This document shows, piece after piece, positions 34,101 to 44,400 of a stretch of 64,000 bases of DNA (positions within the stretch are counted from its first letter, which is position 1; each line of letters begins with the position of its first letter). The position numbers and the translations under genes were made by a program. The notes beneath the pieces are model-generated. The model did not search any database. It was given only the letters and a program-made list of their open reading frames with translations, and was not told where the DNA came from. Source of the DNA: Callorhinchus milii (taxonomy: Eukaryota). Location: the NCBI RefSeq assembly GCF_018977255.1, contig NW_024704746.1, forward strand, positions 66,712,001 to 66,776,000. The letters run 5' to 3'.

Positions 34101-37100
34101 CTCAACAATGTGGGAGACACTGACTGACTTCACCAAATGGTTAGGCAGAGAAGGTAAGTGATTTGGTTACTTCTACCCATTGCCACGTTTCACACACAAA
34201 AGTGTTTGAATGGAGAGGAGAGGTTCTCCTAGTGTACCGGTCAACAATCTCCCTAATAAAAAAAATTGTAATTGACATTATAACTGTGTGCGGGGGACAT
34301 TGCTGTGCTCAAATTGGTTGCTGCTTTTGCCTATAACTGCAGTCACTACACTTTGCAGTGAATCCCGTGAAGCACTTTGAGATGTTAACACGAAAGGGAC
34401 TACGTCAAATGCCAGGATTATTATTTAACATTATTGTTTGTGAGTATTGTGCAGGAAACAAAAAAGTTGAGACATCTCAAAGCGCTTCACGGAATATACT
34501 GTGAAGTGAATTGGCTGTGTATTTTGTGGGCGAAACGTGGCAGCCAATTGCGCACAGCAGCGTCCCCACAAACTAACAGGTTGAGTGACCAAATTACTAT
34601 TATTGTTGTGTTGTTTTACGTACTGAGTGACAGCGTCATCTGTTAAAATGTTTTGTGAAGAAAATATTTTTGTTTCTCTTTGAACTGATTCATGATTTTA
34701 TTTCAGCTTTCACAAGCATTTCTCTTTGTTCCAGGTCACTGCAAGGTGGATGAAACTCCAAAGGGCTGGTACATTCAGTACATTGACCGAGATCCCGAGA
34801 CCATTTGCAGACAGCAGGAGCTGGAGAAGAAGAAAAAGCAAGAGTTGGATGATCAGGAAAGAAACGCCAAGTTCATCGAAGAACTGGTTAGGAGAGGAAA
34901 GGAGGGAAAAGAGGAGGTATGTTCACAAAAGGCAAAGTACTGCAGATCCTGGAAATCTGAAATAACAGAAGCCACTGGCACTCTCAGCGGGTCAGGCGGC
35001 ATCTCAGTGAGTTAACATTTCATGTTGCTGACCTTTTCTCTTCAATCTTTCAAAAGGTCATCGACCTGAAATGTTAACCTACTTTGCTGTCGCCATAGGT
35101 GCTGCCGGACCTGCTGAGTTGTGTTCACAATGTTTGTCCAGATGTACAAATTCCCAGATTTACGACATTTTAGGTATTAAAGTTGTTTCTGTATTTTCTT
35201 TCAGGAAGCTCCTGTTTTTACAGAATTGAAGCGAGAAAACGAGGAAGAAAAAGGTACTCGTTAATACATGCCTTATATGTAACCTGCTAAGTGAACTAAC
35301 TGTCCACAAAATACCTGTTTCAAGACGTTATCCTACTTGAAACTCCTCTATAAGTGAATGTTTGATACCATTTTGAAACAATAGAAGTTTGAATTAAATC
35401 TATAATTTCTTTCTCTCTGTTCAGTTACTTTCAATTTAAACAAAGGACCAAGTACATCAGCAGCAACGACTGCTCCTAAACCCGGGTAGGAAATCCATCT
35501 TACTGTTCTCTTACTTGCGTGACAAATCCAATAAATTTCACAATAAATCCCTTAAAGACTAACGCTCCCATTAATATACTTTTGTCAAATAACAAGCTTA
35601 CAAAGAGTTGTAGGTCACTTTAACAGCCTTTTAGCGTGCTTCCAGCTTTCAGCTTTTTACAGCTTATCGTTTTGCAAGGACTTATGTAAAGTGTAAGTGT
35701 CTATTTTTATAGGGATTGTTCTGCCCTCCGCTCTTGAAGGCCTCACAGTGCTGCTTTAGCTAGATTGCCGCAGCCCGCCGCACAGAGAACAAGTTGACCA
35801 TCTCTCCCTCTTGTCACACTGGCTTAACTCCCGCCTGACATGCTGTGATCATGTTGGGTGTCTGCAGTCTATCCGCTAGTTCTCAGTTGAAAGTGCGCCA
35901 CCTCATGAGGAAATTGATAGAAGCGACTTGACTAAGGGCACGTTATCCATGCCTTGTATGTTTTTCAGGACCCTGCGACCCAGTGCGTTACAGGCAGCAG
36001 CTTCCGTGAAGCGAAAGGAGCCAAGCCACACGTCAGACACCAAAGATAAAAAGAAGAAATCTGCCTTGGACGAGATTATGGAGGTAGGTAGAGTAGTCAG
36101 TGCCTTTCACCTCTTCTCTCCCAATCGCTGGTCTTGTGATTCCAAATCTTTGAGTTAAGATCCTTCCCCAAATCGAGTTGAATTCCACTCATTCCAAACC
36201 CTTGCTAAAATTCTAGTTCTACCAGATTGCTAAATATGGTATAACTATCTTTTGTTTGTGTTCCGTGGTTTACCATGTTGCCTGACTCTGTTGATTACTA
36301 CCTTGCACTTTGCTAACTTTGTGTAATTTGTAATCTGTGTAAATAGATAAATAATTTGGTCAATCAATTCATAATTAAGAGTCAATTCACTTTACAGTAT
36401 GTTATGTGAAGCCAGTGTCCTGTTTCTACGCTACTGTAGCTCTATGTAAGAGTGATTACTTGGATGAGATACTCAATACCCTTCGTGCTGTGCCCATCTT
36501 AATTCATTGAATTCAGGGAGAAATTAACTTACCTTAAACCACTTACAATTTAAATATTTTGCTTTGTTTTTAGTTTGAAGAGCAGAAAAAGAGAAGTTTA
36601 CGGAGAGATTACTGGCTCCACACAGTAAGTTGTGAAAATTTGTTCCTTTGTATAGCCATATTGTGGAGTCCTGTATCGTATTGGTTGGAGCACTTGCCTC
36701 GCAAGCAAGAGGACCCGGGTTCGTTTCCATGGGCGGGGCGAAACCTTAGGCAAGTTTCTTTACTCCATATGCCTCTGTTTATCTAGCAGTAAGTAGGAAC
36801 CCGATTAGTTGAATGGCTCGCTTTCTCGGGGTAATAATCCCTCAAAAAAATAATAATAATTTGGTCTCTCAATCCACGACTGTTTGTGGGACACTGCTGT
36901 GCTCAATTGGTTTGTTGCATTTTGCCCACGAAATATACAGTCAATTCACTTTACAGTATATCCTGTGAAGCACTTTGAGACATCTCGACGATGTGATAAG
37001 GCGCTATATCAAATATAAGTATTATTGTTATAATTACTGCAGTGGATTAACTCAATTGCTTCTCTCCTAGGGAATAGTCGTCAAATTAATAACCAAAAAA

Positions 37101-38801
37101 CTTGGTGAAAAATATTACAAGAAAAAAGCATTAATAAAGGTAACACTTTGCTTGTTGCAGACGTTATTAAGAAAAGTTAGCAAACTGCTTTGGCACTGAT
37201 CTCAGTTTACAGTGATGTATAACTATAACCTGTCTGCAGAATTGTTCTAATTCATCGACTTCCTGTTCACGTCACAGGAAGTTCAGGAGAAGTACACGGC
37301 CGTTATCAAAATGATTGATTCCGGAGACAAATTGAAGGTTGACCAGACTCACCTGGAGACGGTCATACCAGTCCCAGGTAATGGGGGGGAAGAGATGTCA
37401 TTGTTCATGTTAACATTGCTAATAGTAATGTCAGCTTGAGCGAGCTGGTAGCTCCAGGTTTAAGTCCCAGACTGGGACATGACATCGGTAGCCGCACTTT
37501 CAGCCACTAAAACTGTTTGTGGGACTTTGCTGTATGCAAAATGGTTGCTGAGTTTACCTACAGAGACGGACACGACATGTGACAGTAATTACTATAAAGA
37601 TGTTCGATGTGAAAAGAAAATGCACTCCCTGCTTATCAGCTAATAATATTGGCTGATCGAAAGATTGGTTGCTGTGTTTTAGGTAAGAAAGTTTTGGTGG
37701 TGAATGGTGGTTACCGAGGACATGAAGCCATCCTGGACTGTATAGATGAAAAGAAATATTGTGCTACAATCATTATAGACTCTGTAAGTACATGCATTTA
37801 GTAACTGTTCTGAAGAAACTCGTTTGAAATGCTGAAAATTCCTTTTTTTCAAAATATAATTAATCATAGCGCATCAACTTTCAGCCCATCAAACATTCCC
37901 CTTCTCAAATCCAACCTTATCATAGACTGTACCCCACCCTTTCTCTATAGAGGGGTGGAAGCATTCTCTATAGATATTTATATATCTATAGATAATGTCT
38001 AGTGAGTGCTGAATTATCAGAGGTGCGTCCATCGACTTTTGGGATAGAGAAAAGATCTCTTTTTTGTGCCTATTTTAGAATTCCTTAGAATATTTGCGGA
38101 GTCCTGTAGCTCAGTGGTTAGAGCACTCGCCTCTCAAGCGAGAAACCTGGGTTTGATTCCCAGCAGGGTGAAACCTTGGGCAAATTTCCTTACTCCACAC
38201 GCCTAATAATAATCCCTCAAGAAAAAATAATAATAAATTGGTCACTTTAATCCACGACTGTTTGTGGTACATTGCCGTGTTTCGTCCACAAATATACAGT
38301 CAATTCACTTTACAGTATATTCTGTGAAGCGCTTTGAGACGTCTCGAAGATGTGAAAGGCACTATATCAAATGCAAGGATTATTATTATTATTTCTTGAT
38401 CCCAAACAGTCAACAGATTGTTGAGTGTGGGGCACTGCTGTGTGCAATTGGCTGCTGTGTTTCGCCCATAAAATATACAGTTGATTTGCTTTACAGTATA
38501 TTCTTTGAAGAGCTTTGAGACGTCGCAATAACATGATAAGGCTCTATATCAAATGCAAGGACTATTATTATATTCCTATAGACATCTTATTTGTAACATG
38601 TATAAAGGCTGCTTCCAAATCGGGAGTGCTTTCATTTGTTCTGAGCACAAGTCAATTCTGGGCTAAGCGTTCCTGATCCGGTTTGGAAGGTAATGCAGTT
38701 TGTACATTAGAGTGCTGATCACAATTGCTTCTTCACAGGGCCCTCTGCAAGGGCGCAAAGTTGACAGTGTACAGTACGAAGACATTTCTAAACTGGCTTA
38801 G
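30975..38801 (+). CDS. KIN: KIN17 DNA/RNA-binding protein, complete gene (388 aa)
   Basis: 13 exons: 30975-31088, 32371-32465, 33582-33625, 34031-34153, 34735-34916, 35205-35253, 35425-35485, 35969-36083, 36574-36624, 37071-37139, 37278-37377, 37683-37783, 38739-38801 (1167 nt, in frame). Zinc finger [53 protein letters not shown]; ends [10 protein letters not shown]. Confidence 0.98.
31131..31625. repeat. (CA)n/(CAA)n low-complexity tract spanning a gap in KIN intron 1
   Basis: Directly visible. Confidence 0.9.
31207..31412. other. Assembly gap (N run) in KIN intron 1
   Basis: N bases. Confidence 1.
32371..32465 (+). CDS. KIN: KIN exon 2
   Basis: [31 protein letters not shown]. Confidence 0.96.
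32845..33164 (-). mobile_element. SINE, young subfamily, in KIN intron 2
   Basis: Near-identical to 16608-16928. Confidence 0.9.
33582..33625 (+). CDS. KIN: KIN exon 3
   Basis: [14 protein letters not shown]. Confidence 0.95.
34031..34153 (+). CDS. KIN: KIN exon 4
   Basis: [40 protein letters not shown]. Confidence 0.96.
34735..34916 (+). CDS. KIN: KIN exon 5
   Basis: [23 protein letters not shown]...RRGKEGKEE. Confidence 0.96.
35205..35253 (+). CDS. KIN: KIN exon 6
   Basis: [16 protein letters not shown]. Confidence 0.93.
35425..35485 (+). CDS. KIN: KIN exon 7
   Basis: [20 protein letters not shown]. Confidence 0.9.
35969..36083 (+). CDS. KIN: KIN exon 8
   Basis: [38 protein letters not shown]. 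Confidence 0.92.
36574..36624 (+). CDS. KIN: KIN exon 9
   Basis: [17 protein letters not shown]. Confidence 0.93.
36665..37030 (+). mobile_element. SINE, full length, in KIN intron 9
   Basis: Family head, body, core and tail. Confidence 0.88.
37071..37139 (+). CDS. KIN: KIN exon 10
   Basis: [23 protein letters not shown]. Confidence 0.95.
37278..37377 (+). CDS. KIN: KIN exon 11
   Basis: [33 protein letters not shown]. Confidence 0.95.
37683..37783 (+). CDS. KIN: KIN exon 12
   Basis: [33 protein letters not shown]. Confidence 0.95.
38098..38392 (+). mobile_element. SINE (internally deleted type), followed by a second tail to ~38572
   Basis: Family head; CCACACGCCTAATAATAATCCCTC junction. 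Confidence 0.85.
38739..38801 (+). CDS. KIN: KIN exon 13 (terminal coding)
   Basis: [23 protein letters not shown]. Confidence 0.95.
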   Translation, partial: GPLQGRKVDSVQYEDISKLA

Positions 38802-38961
38802 GAGGGCGGCGTTAAGAGCAGGAATCTTAACATTGACGGTTCAAAGCATCATGTTGGTGTCGGCTGATTTTTAAAGCAGCAACTCTACTGTGTCAGGGTT
38901 TTAAATCACTTTTTATTTTCGTAACTTCTGTATGTACCGGTTTAATTTTTTGTCTTCAAGG

Positions 38962-38967
38962 AATAAA
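38962..38967 (+). terminator. KIN: KIN polyadenylation signal
   Basis: AATAAA ~160 nt after the stop, preceded by U-rich sequence. Confidence 0.65.
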
Positions 38968-39056
38968 ATAAAAATAATCCTTATTAGATTGGGTGGCGGG
39001 GGGGGGGGGTGGGCGGAGAATTGTCTTATTGTCTTTATTTAGTATAAAAGCAATGT

Positions 39057-39428
39057 GGAGTCCTGTAGCTTACTCATTAGAACGCTCCCCTTGCAAGCGA
39101 GAGGACCTGGGTTTGATTTCCCAGACAGGGCGAAACCTTAGACAAGTTTCCTTACTCCGCGCGCCTCTGTTTACCTAGCAGTAAGTAGGAACCAAGTTGT
39201 TGGTCGATTGGTGGATCGCTTTTCTGGGAGTAATAATCCCTTCNAAAAAAAATAATAATTTGGTCGCGCAATCCATGACTGTTTGTGGGACGCTGCTGTG
39301 CACAATTGGCTGCCACGTTACGCCCACAAATATACAGTCAATTCCTTTTACAGTGTATTCTGTGAAGCGCTTTTGAGACGTTTCGAAGGCGTGATAAGGT
39401 GCTATGCCAAAGGCAAGGATTATTATTA
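39057..39428 (+). mobile_element. SINE, full length, downstream of KIN
   Basis: Family head, body, core and tail. Confidence 0.88.
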
Positions 39429-41336
39429 AATATTATAAATTTATTACAGTTGAGCTCTGTAAAAGCCTACAGAGTTTTTTGAACTGATCATTGGTCTAAA
39501 TGTCATTGTTCACTGTTGATAAATCTAAAAAAAATTAAAGCTTTACTTTTACTTAAAGAAAAGTACACGTTGTGTGGTTATAACATCAAACTTGGTACTT
39601 TCTCTTGTATTTATTCTTCTTAACTGCATATTCTTGCATCAGAACATGCACATTGTTCTTCTGTTGCTGTTCATTGTACTTTACCATCTGAGATATTGCT
39701 TATAGCCATTGTTTGAATTCATTTTCATAGAATTAGATATCAGCCTGCTTCAGTCATGAGCACTTTCATCTCCAAGATTGTGGGTTCAACCCCCACATCG
39801 GGACTTCAAGCTCGTAGTCTTGGCTGACAGTCCAGTGCAACAAGGCCAGCAATCTGTCATTAATTGGTCATTCACCTCATAGCAGGTTTTGGAACTTGGT
39901 TCTTACCTAACCGGTCGGTCACTGTACTCAACTATGTCGTGCTTTATTAAAAAAATTGTAATAAAATATAATTTAAAAAAAAGAAGCGCTTTCAAATCCT
40001 GTCTCTTTGAATGTGGCTGTGCTCACTTCCACGATCCCAACACGTTTCCTGCAAAGTTCTGATCTGTTACCCTATGTGTTTCGATATGGCCTCGCCTTAC
40101 CTCCTTCAAGGCCTGTCTCAAGAACCTCCTCTTCAATCGCGCCTTCGGTCACCCTCCGAACCCTACCCTCCCTGACCTCCACCTCACCTAATGCCAACCC
40201 CCATCTTGAAGGCAAATCCTTGACTGTCCAGCGCCTTGAGACGTCCTCCCAACAGGAATGGCGCTATACAAATCTTGTAAGTAAGGTGCTACAAAAATGC
40301 ATCATTTTCTCAGAAGTGTGGTGGTTCAAGCACATTCGTTGCTTAGCCACTGCTAATTTAATTTGCAAACGGTGCATACAATATCATTTTGTTTTAAGGC
40401 ACTATATTTTTTTTATTCAAACTTAAAAGTTAAGGCACTTAACAGCTGGATTAGGGTAAATAGAGATGGTGGAAAAACTAGCAGAAAAAGGTCACAAATC
40501 GTGTTTTGCCTCATTCATCACAGGCAAAATGTTGGTAGCAATTCTCTTTCCATTTGCAGTTGATGTGCCAAACCAGAAACGTTTGTTACAAAAACCATTA
40601 GGATCCACCGGTCAGAATTGTACAAAATGTTTTCACTACTAAATTAGTAACATGATGATAATTATCACCGTCGATATAAGACCGTCGGAAATTCAGCCCT
40701 TGTCGATGCCTTTGTGGAGGTGAACACAACACCCTCTGACCATGACAATGTGGATCGAAGAATTTCAGTGTAGCTTTGGGATATATTTTTGGTCATCCGG
40801 GTGTCTTGACAGCGTGGAAACCCATCACCGATGCTTCAGAGTATCCAAAACAAACTGAGGATAATCTTAAGCATGGGTTTACCGCATGTGGGACAAAGTG
40901 ACTGAAATCTTAAATATCCATTGACAGGAATCAATCACTCAATCAATAGCTATCGCTGACAGCTTTGGGCTCAATAAACATCGACTGAGCCATGGTCACA
41001 CGCAATTTCCATCCGTGCGATAATTATCACATCGTGTCACGTTTTACACTTCCAATCTAACAATTAATGAACAATGTACTTTTCTTTCATTTTTCCGTGG
41101 GTGAGAGTCATGTAAATGTGTGTGTGTGTGTGTGTGCGCGCTCGCAAGTGTGATGTACTGGAGAATAGAACAGTTAGAAACTTACCGCATTTAATAGTAG
41201 TTGCGTCAAATCATTTTGTGAGCATATACTGTACTTAATGACTCCCAAGTTTCTATTTTTTTTACTCTAAAATGCATGTAACGCTTATGAACGTATGGTG
41301 CAGACGCCCAGGCTTTGCAGAGACGTGCAAAAGCTA

Positions 41337-41484
41337 TCACGGACGTGGCAAGAAGCGGTGAAGGAATGGAACCAGGTAATCTTTGTAATGTCCATCAATA
41401 AAGCCTTTCCCGCTGTTGTGGATGAACCAGCAATGGACATCCGTTCCATTCACTACATTTAGCCTGTAGTCCTTCTGCAATCCC
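41337..41484 (-). CDS. ITIH2: ITIH2 exon 21 (terminal coding)
   Basis: [51 protein letters not shown]. Confidence 0.95.
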
Positions 41485-44400
41485 CTGCAGGGAAAATGGA
41501 GAGAGAACATGGTTATTTATGATTACATTTGCCTTCTCCATAAAGATAATAATATCATAATCCTTGCCTTTGATATTGCTCCCTATCACGTCGTTGAAAC
41601 GTCTCAAAGTGCTTCACAGAATATACTGTAAAGTGGATTGACTATATTTTGTGGGTGAAACACTGCAGCCCATTGCGCTCAGCGGTGTCCTACAAGTGGT
41701 CATCGATTGAGTGACCAAATTTTTTTGGAGTGATCAACTAACAACCGGGTTCCTACTTATTGCTTGGGTGGGGACGCTGCTGTGCGCAATCGGCTGCCGT
41801 GTTTCCCCAACAAAATGCACAGTCAATCCACTTTGCAGTATATCCTGTGAAGCGCTTTGAGGCGTCTCAATGATGTGATAAGGTGCTGTAGCAAATGCAA
41901 GGATTATTATTACAGAGAAGTTCCAGTGAGCAAGATCAGTTCCCTTCATTTGCTGACCCGGTTTCTAAGCAGACCCGCACTGCTATCAAGCAGTGCCATT
42001 GCATGATAGTCCCTTTGATGTTCCCTTACCTGGTGACTGTAAGATTGTGCCCTTTGACTTCCATGGTGGCTTGCAGTTTGTCTGTATTTGAGCCCGGACG
42101 GATATTGAAGATTTTCACTGCTGGTTCCTGGGTGAACTGACCTGCAAAGAGATCACAAGAAAGTTTCGGATGAATGTAAGAACATAAGAATTTGCTCGGC
42201 GACAAAAAAAGGTCCGTCTCGTTCGCCTTCCACCATCCTGGCAGTCACTTGATCTGTCGTGTCCCCAAACTATATACTGTATATTCAGATATTATTTTCC
42301 AGCGGAAATCAATCTAATTTGTTCTTGAAATTACATTTGTTTCAAGAACAAATCAACGACGTGATAAGGAGTCGTATCAAGGTTGCCAAGTCATTCTAAG
42401 TTTGAAGCTGAAGAAATAGAAATATAATTACCAATCAAGCCATGAACGTCTGCTGAGAAGTTGTTTGAATGGGGAGAATAAAATCCCAGGAAGTCCACAT
42501 TGGTGGGATGATGTTTCCAGGCACGATGGAGTAGGATCAGGAAGACCATTTCCTTACCCACGCTGATGGTTACGTTGCGGTTTTTCGTCACTAACACAGT
42601 CAGGCTGAAATAAGAAGTTGTACGGTATTAAGAAAATAATCAGATTTTGTTGCTCCAACTGCATGTTAATTAAACCACAACCCTAATCGGTAGAGTGGTC
42701 CTAATGCTAATAATAATAAAATAATAATAATAGTACACAAATAATCCCTGCAATTGATATATCACCTTATCACTTCTTCAAGACGTCTCAAAGCGCTTCA
42801 CTAAATATACTGTAAAGAGAATTGACTTTGCATTTTGTGGGTGAAACACGGCAGCCAATTGCGCACAGCAGCGTCCCCACAAACAGTGGTGGATTGAGTG
42901 ACCAAATTATTTTTTGTGAAGGGATTATTACACCCGGAAATGCGATCCGCCCTTCGACTAACAGCCGGGTTCCTACGTACAGCTGAGTAGACAGAGTAAG
43001 GAAACTTGCCCAAAGTTTCACACAGCCCAGCCCGGGAATCAAACCTCGGTCCTCTCGCTTGCGAGGCGAGTGCTCTGACCAACATGCTCCCAGCACTCCA
43101 CTTGTCTGAGCTGGACGAGCAGCGGAATATTAATGTAGGGATAGTAAAGCGGGCAGTGTAATGGATTGCTAAGATTAACAGGAGCCGAGTGAGAATAATC
43201 CCTGCCCCTCGGTGACTGATCTGCCACCGGCCGTGCCTTGGTAGTGTGATGCCCAAAGTGTGGTGCAATGTTGGATGGTACGGTACAATGCAGTAATCTT
43301 ACCCATCCTGAGCCAGAGAGCTCGACTCGGACCACCACAGGAAAGTTTTATACTTGGCGCCTATCAAGACAATCTTGTCGGTGCTGATCTCAATGCGGAG
43401 GTTGCGTTTGGTAAAGGTGAGGCCAATCGTGCCAAAGTAGGTGTTCAGCTTGTTATTCTTGGGTTTTTTGCCACCCACCAGTCTGCCATTGACAGCAACT
43501 CCTGCCAACAGAGATAGTTCAGTGAAGACACGTCACACAAGGTCAGGTTCGGGTGAAAAATGCCCTTTCAATCCATTTGATCCCTTCCTTTCAGAAGACT
43601 CACCCTACTGTGCGCCCATCGGAGCATCAATCTGCTTTTTTTTAAACTGAGTCCCAGCATCCTGGCCTCCTGATGTATTTTGTGGGCGAAATGAGGCCAA
43701 TTGCACACAGCAATGTCCCACAAAACAGTCGTGGATTGAGTGACCAAATATTCTTCTTGGAGGGATTGTTACCCTCCACCCCCCCGGAAAGTGATCTGTC
43801 AATCGACTAGCAACCCGGGTTCCTGCTTACTGCTGGGTAAACAGAGGCGTGCGGAGTAAGGAAACTTGCCTAAGGTCTTCAAGGGTTTTCTACATCTGCT
43901 CTTGTCTTATGATCTTTGCGATCAGTGTGTTTATCTAGGTGTAGTTGGTGTTTCTGCCAGCAGGTGGTAATATTATTTCATATAATAATCCCTCGTCCTT
44001 GATGCAGATAAAACTATCTCCTGTGGTTCCACAAGATCACCAGATCGGTCTGGATGAACAAGGCTCTTGGTCCCTATACAATCTCATCCCTCCAGAAAAG
44101 CCTGGCTCATCAGCACGACTTGGAAGGGCAGAACACACTCAGCTCCTGTTAACCGATGGCATCTTACCCATCCCCCTAAAGAGAGCCGTCGTCACCCCTA
44201 CCCTCAAAAAACCTTCCCTTGACCCGTCTCTGCTCTCCAACCACCGCCCGCTTTCAAACCTTTCTTTTCTATCAAAGATCATGGAACGAGTCATTGCTTC
44301 CCAGCTTCACTCTTTCCTCTCCCAGCGTTCCCTCCATGAAACCCTCCAATCTGGGTTTCGTGCTGCTGCCTCCGCTCTGCGATACAGGCCGGCTTCAGGT

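Noticed and set aside
37945-37997. Small AT-rich hairpin in KIN intron 12 as a pre-miRNA
   Set aside because: Short and low-complexity (TATAGA repeats), with no other support
40650-40742. ATGATGA ... CTGA spaced like a C/D box snoRNA
   Set aside because: Intergenic, no terminal stem and no recognisable guide; such short motifs occur by chance
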